DNA of 40,682 nt from Microcystaceae cyanobacterium (lineage in GTDB: Bacteria > Cyanobacteriota > Cyanobacteriia > Cyanobacteriales > Microcystaceae). The position numbers and the translations under genes were made by a program. This document shows positions 28,995-37,677 of the stretch, in pieces; position 1 is the stretch's first letter; each line of letters begins with the position of its first letter. Location of the stretch: positions 1 to 40,682 of the forward strand of contig JBGTGT010000107.1 of NCBI GenBank assembly GCA_041746575.1, given 5' to 3'. Under the pieces are notes generated by a model. The model did no database searches. It saw only the letters and a list, made by a program, of their open reading frames with translations, and had not been told where the DNA came from.

Positions 28995-30305
28995 TCACCC
29001 ACTGCGAATATGAATATCTTGCTGGGGAAAGGGAATCTCGATTTTCTCCTCAGCAAATCGTTCTAAAATTAAGCAATTCAGCTCACTAATCACTCGTTTC
29101 CGCATATTAATATTTTCTAACCAGAATTTTAACTCAAAATTTAAGCTTGAGTCACCAAAATTCAGAAAAAAAGCGAGAGGAGGGGGGTATTTCAGCACTT
29201 TGGAATGACGATGAGCAATTTCTAAGAGTAAATTCATCACCTGTTTAGCATGAGAATCATAACCCACTCCTACAACAATTGAACAATTAACTAAATTATT
29301 GCTCCCTGTGTAAGTGGTTACGTCCTCGGTAAAAAAGGTTTGATTTGGAATGATTTTTTCTGAATTATCTGCTAACATTCGCACCGTGGTTGCTCGAATA
29401 CCGAGTTGCTTGACTTCACAATTTTGTCCATCGAGGCTAATAATATCTCCCGGCTTTAAAACCTTTTCAAATAATAGTAAAATACCACTGACAAAATTAC
29501 TAACGACTTGCTGTAAGCCAAAACCAATTCCAACTGATAGACCGCCTGTAATTGCGGCTAGTGCTGTTCCATTTACCCCGACATATCCTAAAATTAATAC
29601 AACCCCTAATGCAATTAAAAAATAACGAATTAGTAAGGCTGTTGCCTGAATTGCTCCTGCTTCTGAGGGCGTTTTTGCTTGAATAATAGTCAGTATCAAT
29701 GATTCTACTAAAATGACAATAACTATCCAAAAATAAAGTCCAGCGATCAGCCAAAAAATTGCGCTTAGTGTAATGGGACTATTGAATAATTTAAACGGAG
29801 ATGATTGAGCAATTTCTTCTAAGTTATTATAAAGATTAATAATTGTTTTGAAAACAAAAAGAACAAAAATAGGTGCAAATAAACGGTAATGATATTCTTT
29901 AACTGTTTTAATAGAAAACGTACCATATAAGATAGCCAATAAGAAGCAATAAACGGAATAAACACCTATCAGTTGGATAGCAACTCGTAGAAGCCCCCTT
30001 GTCCAATCTTGACTATAAAAAAGTAGCTGAGCGCAATTCAATAAAATTAAACTGATTAAAGGAAAACTGAGACGCTGTATTAATATCGCAAAATATTGAA
30101 GCGGCGAAAATCGCTGATCTTCCCAACTAAATTGTGTCCATGCTGGTAACCTTTTTTGTAACCAACGCCAAAACCATTTTGACAATAACCCACTAATCAC
30201 TAAACAAAAAAAGATGGTTAAGATTTGATTTTGAACATCGGCTCGGTTTAAAAAAAGCAGTTGTTTAGTAATAATGTCCGATAAATTAGGCAAATGACGT
30301 TCCAT
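28995..30305 (-). CDS. MscS family mechanosensitive channel with extra N-terminal TM helices
   Basis: GGLSVGIGFGLQQVVSNFVSGILLLFE, IRAT, IIPN, FGDSSLNFEL and IEIPFPQQDIH motifs. Confidence 0.95.
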   Translation of the reverse strand: MERHLPNLSDIITKQLLFLNRADVQNQILTIFFCLVISGLLSKWFWRWLQKRLPAWTQFSWEDQRFSPLQYFAILIQRLSFPLISLILLNCAQLLFYSQDWTRGLLRVAIQLIGVYSVYCFLLAILYGTFSIKTVKEYHYRLFAPIFVLFVFKTIINLYNNLEEIAQSSPFKLFNSPITLSAIFWLIAGLYFWIVIVILVESLILTIIQAKTPSEAGAIQATALLIRYFLIALGVVLILGYVGVNGTALAAITGGLSVGIGFGLQQVVSNFVSGILLLFEKVLKPGDIISLDGQNCEVKQLGIRATTVRMLADNSEKIIPNQTFFTEDVTTYTGSNNLVNCSIVVGVGYDSHAKQVMNLLLEIAHRHSKVLKYPPPLAFFLNFGDSSLNFELKFWLENINMRKRVISELNCLILERFAEEKIEIPFPQQDIHIRSG

Positions 30306-30326
30306 AGAAATTTTAAATTATTCTCC

Positions 30327-31589
30327 TTATTGCTGATTCACCGATTGATTAATCAAAAGGGTTAACTTTTTACCTGCTTCTACTGAACTAATTTCTCCAG
30401 ATATTGCTTGCTGATACAAAAACTCTGCTTTTTCAAAGACAGTCGAAAGTCGCTCTAAGTCATCAAGAGAAATAGCAATAGCAGTCCGAGATTGTTTAAG
30501 TAACACTGATTGAATCGGTAATAATTTTTCATCTAAAATAATATTACGATTACTGGGAATAAAGCTCTGGGTGTTGACAATTCCTTGCAGTTGTTGCTCA
30601 GTATTAGTAACAAATTTAGTCAAATTTAATCCTAAATGGTATTCATTGAGGCCGGCACTATGATTGAATGCCACGGCTCTCGTGTAAAGCAAGGGGGCTG
30701 CTTTTCCTTGTGCTTCTTGGGGTAATAAGGCAACTCTCAGATTATCTTTAAGGATATTTTTTAAGTCAATAATTTCACCCGAATTACATACATAATAAGT
30801 TAAATTACCTTGAGCGAAAGCATCGTGTAAAAGACTACGATTACGATTAAGAACAAAATTAGGTTGTATCGACGCATTTTTAAGCCAATCAAGCCATTTT
30901 CCCCACTCTTCAAGCTGAGGTTGTATTGCACCTTGAGCATTCCAAAATGAACCCCCAAAAATCCCCATTCCCCAAAAGGTATCTTCAAAAGAGGATACCA
31001 TCCCCACAGAATAGCCTTTAAGCGATCGCTCAATCAAGCCTTCTAAACGGGTAGGAGGTTGACTGAGGAAAGGATCTTGACTCGCTTGCAATTTTGCTTG
31101 GTTATAACACAAAACCCGAATTTGTGACCCTAATGGGATACCATAGATTTTTCCGTGGTAGCGAACTTGGTTTAAAGTAGGGGGTAGGTAAGTCGATAAA
31201 TCAATAACTTTTTCGTCAATAGACTGAAGATGTCCCCGCTTAGCTAATTCGGGAATATGTTTAGAAAAAATAATAATAGCACTAGCCCCTAATCCACTTT
31301 GAGATTCCTGAATAAAGCGTAAAGGCAGTTCATCTTGAGGAATATATTCACTCATAAGATTAACGTCAGGATTCAGTTGTTTAAATTCTTGAAATCCAGT
31401 GGCAATAAGTTGACTTAAATCTCCTTGTAAAGAGTGCCAAAGGAGCAAATTTCCCTGTTGTTTTTCGGGAAGAGGATAAGGTTGATCAATCAGGCAAGCA
31501 TTTAGAATAATAGACAACAAAATCACTAAGAGTAAAGAAGATAGCCATTTAACTAACTTTTTATTGTGAAACGCTAAATTCTTATTCAT
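30327..31589 (-). CDS. Extracellular solute-binding lipoprotein (sugar-type SBP)
   Basis: Lipobox LNAC; LLLWHS; GKIYGIPLG...VLCYN motifs. Confidence 0.85.
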   Translation of the reverse strand: MNKNLAFHNKKLVKWLSSLLLVILLSIILNACLIDQPYPLPEKQQGNLLLWHSLQGDLSQLIATGFQEFKQLNPDVNLMSEYIPQDELPLRFIQESQSGLGASAIIIFSKHIPELAKRGHLQSIDEKVIDLSTYLPPTLNQVRYHGKIYGIPLGSQIRVLCYNQAKLQASQDPFLSQPPTRLEGLIERSLKGYSVGMVSSFEDTFWGMGIFGGSFWNAQGAIQPQLEEWGKWLDWLKNASIQPNFVLNRNRSLLHDAFAQGNLTYYVCNSGEIIDLKNILKDNLRVALLPQEAQGKAAPLLYTRAVAFNHSAGLNEYHLGLNLTKFVTNTEQQLQGIVNTQSFIPSNRNIILDEKLLPIQSVLLKQSRTAIAISLDDLERLSTVFEKAEFLYQQAISGEISSVEAGKKLTLLINQSVNQQ

Positions 31590-31596
31590 AGATTAA

Positions 31597-33327
31597 TTAA
31601 AAATGAAAGGTTGCTGATAGATAGGGGCCGTTTAAATTTTCTGTGAAACCGAAAGCATTATTTCCCGTACCAATCTGATAATCAATACTATAGAAATGGT
31701 AAGCAAATTGTAGCGAAAAATCTCGACGCACCCACCAATCTACCCCAAAGAAAACATTCCAACTGAAATCCGTTTCTCCCGCTAATCCAAATCCAGAAAC
31801 ATCTCCTCTTACCCAGAAAATAATCGGATCTGAAATTTGTAAGCCTAACTTTCCACCTAACATCGGTTCAAACCAAGTTCGTCCACCCTCCAATGTTTCT
31901 TGAAATGTTCCTTGAAAACTTGCTAAACTACTGCTTAAAGAAAGATTAATGGTTTCTTGAATCGTCACACTAATATCATTTAAACGCACGCCGGCAATGG
32001 GTTGAAACCAAACAAGAGGATAAGGACGATTTGAAGGCGTTTCTGGTAATTCGGTTAAGGGAAGCTCTCCAATGTGATAACTTAATGCAAAGTCATAAAT
32101 GCCTTGGTTAAATTGTAAATCCGTACTTAAATTGGCATCAAACATTTGAGGATCTCGATTGTCAGCAAAATTTTCGATTTCATTAATTGCTTGAATATCT
32201 CGATCTACAATGGCTTTAGCATTCTCGACATCGGTTTCTAATTGTTGTAATTCTGGACTGTCTTCAATCGCTCGTAATTCACTAATTTGTTGGCTTGTTT
32301 GCTCTAGCAAATTTCGGGTTTTAGCCAACTGCTGTTGAAACGAATCTAAGCTTTCTAACTTCATAATCGCCGTTTCTATTCTTTCATTAAAATTCTCTTG
32401 TTCGCTTTGATTATTAAGCGTAATCGCTTGTTGCAATTCTACTTCATTTAAGTTTAAAAATTCTCTCTGTTGTAAGTCAAAATCAACGGCTTCTAATTGA
32501 GATTCTCTTTGGTCAACTTCTGCTTGAAAATTCTGTAAGTCTTCCTCTAATTCTCTCAACGTTTGAGCATCTTGAGCGACAGTTTCTTGGAAGGTTTGAA
32601 CCGTTTGTCTAAGATTTTGAACGGCTTGACTCTCCCGTAGTTCTTCGACGTTTTCTAATCTTTCTACATCTTGACTGAGAAAATGAGCTAGATTTTGCGC
32701 TTGAGTATTAACATCTTTACTGAGCAAATAATTTAAGGCATTAATCGTATTGGGCATTCTTTCTACGGCTTTTTGAAAATCAACAATTCCTGTTAAACTT
32801 GCGTAATAGCCATCCACAATAAAACCCCAGCGTCCTTTCCATCCTTCAAAACGCCCACTTGCCGCCACACGCAAGTGTTGCAAGGTTTCTCCTAAACTGA
32901 GATGATAATCAACAGTACGCCCTCTAACCGTCGATGAACCGTAGATACTCACAGGAACGGTAACATAGGGTTGAAATTTAAAATGCCAACGATTGTCTTC
33001 TTCAATGGAGGGAATTTCTATCGGAGGAAGAGGAGAATCGTCTTCTTTAATAATGGGTGTTTCTGACGGGGTTTGGACAAATTCTAAAGAACTTTTAGCC
33101 CCCATTAAATCATGAGCGCAGTGACTGGTAGGGGCAGGAAGATGAAGAGCGTTTTCAGGAGATTGAAGGGTATGGGTTAACGGTGAAAAAGAAGGACAAG
33201 AAACGGATGAAGCCGAATTGAGATCGGGAGAGGCAGTCGCAGAAATAATACGACCAAAACTCAAATTGCAACCTCCTGCTATCGCTAGGAATAGAATAAG
33301 TGGCTGTTGTGAGAATCTTTTGCGCAT
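31597..33327 (-). CDS. Outer-membrane beta-barrel protein with a ~200-aa coiled-coil insertion
   Basis: Amphipathic strands WHFKFQPY...WGFIVDGYY and WFEPMLGG...GDVSGFG...GPYLSATFHF with terminal Phe; Q/E/L heptad region at residues ~192-392. Confidence 0.78.
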   Translation of the reverse strand: MRKRFSQQPLILFLAIAGGCNLSFGRIISATASPDLNSASSVSCPSFSPLTHTLQSPENALHLPAPTSHCAHDLMGAKSSLEFVQTPSETPIIKEDDSPLPPIEIPSIEEDNRWHFKFQPYVTVPVSIYGSSTVRGRTVDYHLSLGETLQHLRVAASGRFEGWKGRWGFIVDGYYASLTGIVDFQKAVERMPNTINALNYLLSKDVNTQAQNLAHFLSQDVERLENVEELRESQAVQNLRQTVQTFQETVAQDAQTLRELEEDLQNFQAEVDQRESQLEAVDFDLQQREFLNLNEVELQQAITLNNQSEQENFNERIETAIMKLESLDSFQQQLAKTRNLLEQTSQQISELRAIEDSPELQQLETDVENAKAIVDRDIQAINEIENFADNRDPQMFDANLSTDLQFNQGIYDFALSYHIGELPLTELPETPSNRPYPLVWFQPIAGVRLNDISVTIQETINLSLSSSLASFQGTFQETLEGGRTWFEPMLGGKLGLQISDPIIFWVRGDVSGFGLAGETDFSWNVFFGVDWWVRRDFSLQFAYHFYSIDYQIGTGNNAFGFTENLNGPYLSATFHF

Positions 33328-33360
33328 TCACCCATGACTCCTAACGATAAGACAAAGGAT

Positions 33361-33405
33361 ATCATAAAGCCAACAATTCAAATTGTCTTGCCATTTTGTG
33401 CCAAT
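33361..33405 (-). promoter_or_regulatory. Putative AraC-activated promoter for run B: 20-bp box plus -10 TATGAT
   Basis: TCTTGCCATTTTGTGCCAAT at 33386-33405; 19-nt spacer; TATGAT on the minus strand at 33366-33361. Confidence 0.75.
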
Positions 33406-33500
33406 TTTTTCATCTAGCTGAAGGCAGAATAAAGAATATAAGTCTTGGCGATGACTGGCGTTGAGAGATTTAATTTGTTTGCATCGTGGCCTACCCTTAA

Positions 33501-33524
33501 AGGGGCGCAAACCGATGCGCCCTT
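33501..33524. terminator. GC-rich REP-like hairpin after the aminotransferase gene
   Basis: GGGCGCA-AACCGA-TGCGCCC (33503-33522), 11 nt past the stop codon. Confidence 0.55.
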
Positions 33525-33533
33525 AGAATAAGG

Positions 33534-34688
33534 CTATTTTTCCGCAAAAACTGACCCAGCTGCGGCAATTCCTGCCCCTTGAGAGATACCTTCTATTCTC
33601 AACTCGATCAGAACGGCTTCTAACGCCCCAATACAGGTTAAGATATCCCGCTCTGAGACGAAACCTAAATGACCTAGGCGGAAAATCTTTCCTTTAAGAT
33701 GATCTTGTCCTCCTGCTAAGACAATATCATATTTTTTGCGTAAGGTAGAGCGAATGGCTTCTGCATCGACGTTTATAGGAGCAATAGCCGTTACTGCTGT
33801 ACTGGCGCAGGTATCTGCTGCAAAAAGGGGTAAATCCAATGCTTTCATCGCTGATCGCGCAGCTTGAGTGTTACGGGCATGACGGTTAAACATTGCTGTT
33901 AACCCTTCCGCTTTCATCATTTGCAAGGCGACCTGTAAACCGTAGATTAAATTAATAGGCGGCGTAAAAGGAGAACTATTCTCGTCGGTTGCCTTCTTAT
34001 ATCGCTTCAAATCCATATAAAATCGAGGAATTTGCGCCTTTTCATACGCCTGCCATGCTTTTTGGCTGACTGAAACGAACCCTAATCCCGGCGGAATCAT
34101 ATAACCTTTCTGAGATCCTGATCCCACCACATCTAACCCCCATTCGTCAACGGGAACATTAACTGCCCCTAAACTGGTAACAGCATCAACGATAATTAAG
34201 GCTTCTCCGTGGGCTTTAACATATTTATTGATGGTTTCGAGATCATTTAAAACCCCTGTTGAAGTTTCAGAATGAGTGACAATCACCGCTTTGATACTTT
34301 TCTCTGAATCTTTTGCCAATTTTTCGCGAAAAAGCTCTGGATCTAAGGGTTTTCCCCATTCGGCGGGAATAACTTCTGTGTTTAATCCGTAGGTTTGGCA
34401 GATTTTGCCCCATCTATTGCCGAATTTACCATTATCGCCCACTAGGACGCGATCGCCCGGACTGAGAAAATTAATGATTCCCGCTTCCATTGCCCCCGTA
34501 CCACTGACGGTTAACATCAGGACATCGTTGTCAGTTTGATGAAGCCATTTTAAATTTTCGGTGACTTCTGCGATAATCTTACTAAAATCTCCACTTCGAT
34601 GCCCAATAGGCGGTTTAGCCATCGCCCGTAATACTTGATCGGGTACAGGAGTTGGCCCCGGAATCATTAACATAAACTTGTCTTCCAT
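33534..34688 (-). CDS. Class V PLP aminotransferase (alanine/serine-glyoxylate family)
   Basis: LMIPGPTP, HSETSTG, VDAVTS and SGSQKG (PLP lysine). ATG 34688 preferred. Confidence 0.93.
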   Translation of the reverse strand: MEDKFMLMIPGPTPVPDQVLRAMAKPPIGHRSGDFSKIIAEVTENLKWLHQTDNDVLMLTVSGTGAMEAGIINFLSPGDRVLVGDNGKFGNRWGKICQTYGLNTEVIPAEWGKPLDPELFREKLAKDSEKSIKAVIVTHSETSTGVLNDLETINKYVKAHGEALIIVDAVTSLGAVNVPVDEWGLDVVGSGSQKGYMIPPGLGFVSVSQKAWQAYEKAQIPRFYMDLKRYKKATDENSSPFTPPINLIYGLQVALQMMKAEGLTAMFNRHARNTQAARSAMKALDLPLFAADTCASTAVTAIAPINVDAEAIRSTLRKKYDIVLAGGQDHLKGKIFRLGHLGFVSERDILTCIGALEAVLIELRIEGISQGAGIAAAGSVFAEK

Positions 34689-34880
34689 AGCGGTATTTTT
34701 CCTCATCAACGCTACTTTAAAGGTATCAGGTTTCGGGGGTGAGAGGGTATAGAGAAAAAGGGGTTTAAACCCTGCATTTCATTCTCTCCTGACGGGAAAC
34801 TCGAGTGCTGAAAATTTATAACAAAATCGATACACAGTCTAGCCAATCCAGAGCAAAAAACGCTACAATATCAAAACTCT

Positions 34881-34894
34881 TGTACTATTATACT
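34881..34894. promoter_or_regulatory. Putative cyanobacterial LexA box upstream of recA
   Basis: Minus strand AGTATAATAGTACA is a near match to RGTAC-N3-DGTWC. It lies just downstream of TACAAT (34864-34869). Confidence 0.5.
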
Positions 34895-34922
34895 GTCCAT
34901 AAAATTAATTTTAGAGGCGTTA

Positions 34923-35972
34923 ATGACTGCAATTACGAACAATCCCGATAAAGAAAAAGCCCTGAGCTTAGTTCTCACACAAATTGAACGAAATTTTGGT
35001 AAAGGCGCAATTATGCGCTTGGGGGATGCGACGCAGATGCGAGTCGAAACCATTCCCAGTGGCGCATTAACCCTCGATTTAGCCTTAGGGGGAGGATTAC
35101 CCAAAGGTCGCGTAATTGAAATTTATGGACCTGAAAGTTCAGGAAAAACGACCCTAGCTCTCCATGCCATCGCTGAAGTCCAAAAAGCAGGAGGAGTCGC
35201 CGCCTTTGTCGATGCCGAACACGCCTTAGATCCATTGTATTCTGAAGCATTGGGAGTTGATATAAGTAACTTGCTAGTAGCACAACCGGATACAGGAGAG
35301 TCTGCCTTAGAAATCGTCGATCAATTAATACGATCAGCCGCCGTTGACATCGTCGTTGTGGATTCAGTCGCCGCCTTGACTCCTAGAGCCGAAATCGAAG
35401 GAGAAATGGGGGATATGCAAGTAGGATTACAAGCGCGCTTAATGAGTAAAGCCCTACGAAAAATTGCAGGAAATATTGGTAAATCTGGTTGTGTTGTCAT
35501 CTTTTTAAACCAATTGAGACAAAAAATTGGCGTAACCTACGGCAGTCCAGAAGTCACGACAGGAGGGAACGCCTTAAAGTTTTATGCTTCGGTACGCTTA
35601 GATATTCGCCGCATTCAAACGCTGAAAAAAGGCAGTGAGGGAGAGTATGGGATTCGAGCAAAGGTGAAAGTGGCCAAAAATAAGGTCGCTCCCCCTTTCC
35701 GAATTGCCGAATTTGATATTATTTTCGGACAGGGTATCTCGAACGTAGGATGCTTAATCGATTTGGCCGAACAAACCAAGATTATTACCCGTAAAGGGGC
35801 ATGGTATAGCTATAATAGCGAAAATATCTCTCAAGGGCGAGATAATGCCGTGAAATATCTGCAAGACAACCCCACCATTGCCAGCGAAGTAGAAAAGCAA
35901 GTTCGAGAACAATTAGCGTTAGGCTCGCTGAACTTTGCCACTTCAACGGATGATTCTGAAGAAGAAGAGTAA
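34923..35972 (+). CDS. recA: Recombinase A
   Basis: [23 protein letters not shown] and [17 protein letters not shown] motifs. Confidence 0.99.
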   Translation: MTAITNNPDKEKALSLVLTQIERNFGKGAIMRLGDATQMRVETIPSGALTLDLALGGGLPKGRVIEIYGPESSGKTTLALHAIAEVQKAGGVAAFVDAEHALDPLYSEALGVDISNLLVAQPDTGESALEIVDQLIRSAAVDIVVVDSVAALTPRAEIEGEMGDMQVGLQARLMSKALRKIAGNIGKSGCVVIFLNQLRQKIGVTYGSPEVTTGGNALKFYASVRLDIRRIQTLKKGSEGEYGIRAKVKVAKNKVAPPFRIAEFDIIFGQGISNVGCLIDLAEQTKIITRKGAWYSYNSENISQGRDNAVKYLQDNPTIASEVEKQVREQLALGSLNFATSTDDSEEEE

Positions 35973-36019
35973 CAAAACTCGCTCAATTCTTGACTTTTGG
36001 TCATTTTATTGTCATAACG

Positions 36020-36056
36020 GCCTACATGACTCCACGAGAGTTCGGTGTAGGCTTTT
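36020..36056 (+). terminator. Probable intrinsic terminator after recA
   Basis: GCCTACA...ACTC/GAGT...TGTAGGC followed by TTTT. Confidence 0.55.
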
Positions 36057-36140
36057 AATTTCGTTAAGAAGGTTAACCGTCCTTCCGCAAAATGAGGGAT
36101 TATAGAAAAAGTTTGTGAGCAAACACCGTCTTAAGCTAAC

Positions 36141-37598
36141 ATGAAGGACATTAGTCAATCCTTATTTATTGAAGACAACATTAACCATTCTGCGCAACCA
36201 GAGAGGGACATTCGGCAGATCCTAAAGGACTGTCAAAGCATAGCAATTTGTCAACAAGAAGATCAGATTATTCGTTTTGTCAAGGAACTTCCGATCCTTG
36301 ATCCCTTGACCCTGTTGCAACAATTTGATTTAACCCATCAACTTAACTTTTACTGGGAAAATCAACAAAAAGAAGAGGCGATCGCCGCAATAGGTGCAAT
36401 TCTAAAACATCGTATTACGGATAATCATCAAGACCGATTTTTGCAAGTCAAATATCTGATTAATCATTGGCAAAAGCGGATCATTCAGGGGGGAAAAGCC
36501 CCAAAATTTCTAACCAAAAGCAACTTCTTTTGTAGCTTTACATTCAGCGATGTTGTGAGCCATCATCTTTATTCTCCTTTTGCCTCAGCAACTGTTTTCC
36601 TACCCAGTATACAAATTACTAAGCGGCAAAATAAATGTTTTCTCATTCAACATTTTTTGGTTAAAAAAGAAACCTCTTTTGAAGCACTTTTAGCAAGCTA
36701 TTACGATCAATTATGGCAAGGAGAACAAATTCAACTGAATGTAACCCATTACTTCGAGGAAAGTCATCTAGAAAAGAAATTTTCTCCCCATCATATTCAA
36801 CAGGATCTTTCGTCTTTTCGTCAATCGGTGATTTCCGCTTTAAATTCAATTGAACAAAATCAATTTAGTAAATTGGTCATTGCCCACAGTGTGGATCTAA
36901 CCTCTCCTTTTCCGTTTCCGGTTGTTCAATCTTTGAAAAATCTGCGCAAACAATATCCTAATTGTTATATTTTTGCAGTGGGTAACGGCCGAGGTAGCCA
37001 CTTTCTAGGGGCGAGTCCAGAACGTTTACTGAGTCTGCAAAATCATCAATTAATGACTGATGCGATCGCTGGCTCTTCTCCTAGAGGAAACACTTTTGAG
37101 CAAGACCGACAATTGGGACAAAAACTGTTAAGTAATGAAAAAGAAAAACGAGAACATCAAGCGGTCATCACCTTCATTTACCAGCGTCTTCAACAATTAG
37201 GATTAACCGTAAAGATTCACCCGACGACCTTGTTAAAATTATCAAATATTCAACATCTCTGGACATTACTTTATAGCGACTGTCCCCCCTATCTTCACGC
37301 TCTTGATATCATTGCGCAATTACATCCTACCCCTGCGGTTTCCGGCGCACCGACAGCCATTGCTTGTCAAGAAATTCAACGGTATGAACCCTTTGATCGC
37401 TCCTTATATGCCGCTCCAATCGGTTGGATTGATGAGCAAGGAAATAGCGAGTTTGTGGTAGGTATTCGTTCTGCCTTAGTAACAGGAAACCAAGCAAGAT
37501 TATACGCAGGTGCCGGTATTGTGGCTGGTTCAAATCCCGATCAAGAAGTCACCGAAATTCAGTTAAAATTACAAGCTATGTTAAAAACACTACTCTGA
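36141..37598 (+). CDS. menF: Isochorismate synthase (phylloquinone/menaquinone pathway)
   Basis: GASPERL, KEKREH, NIQHL, LHPTPAV, VGIRSAL and AGAGIVAGS motifs. Confidence 0.92.
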   Translation: MKDISQSLFIEDNINHSAQPERDIRQILKDCQSIAICQQEDQIIRFVKELPILDPLTLLQQFDLTHQLNFYWENQQKEEAIAAIGAILKHRITDNHQDRFLQVKYLINHWQKRIIQGGKAPKFLTKSNFFCSFTFSDVVSHHLYSPFASATVFLPSIQITKRQNKCFLIQHFLVKKETSFEALLASYYDQLWQGEQIQLNVTHYFEESHLEKKFSPHHIQQDLSSFRQSVISALNSIEQNQFSKLVIAHSVDLTSPFPFPVVQSLKNLRKQYPNCYIFAVGNGRGSHFLGASPERLLSLQNHQLMTDAIAGSSPRGNTFEQDRQLGQKLLSNEKEKREHQAVITFIYQRLQQLGLTVKIHPTTLLKLSNIQHLWTLLYSDCPPYLHALDIIAQLHPTPAVSGAPTAIACQEIQRYEPFDRSLYAAPIGWIDEQGNSEFVVGIRSALVTGNQARLYAGAGIVAGSNPDQEVTEIQLKLQAMLKTLL

Positions 37599-37647
37599 GA
37601 ATTTGTTCCATCTGAGGGCAATTTTGGAGCCATTGGTCACAGACGCG

Positions 37648-37671
37648 AAAAAGGTGGGAATTAACCCACCT
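37648..37671 (-). terminator. Intrinsic terminator of clpB
   Basis: Minus strand AGGTGGG-TTAATT-CCCACCT followed by a T run, 6 nt after the clpB stop. Confidence 0.7.
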
Positions 37672-37677
37672 AATTAA

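Noticed and set aside
33328..33510. 60-aa minus-strand ORF
   Set aside because: It spans the predicted promoter and hairpin region and has no coding features.
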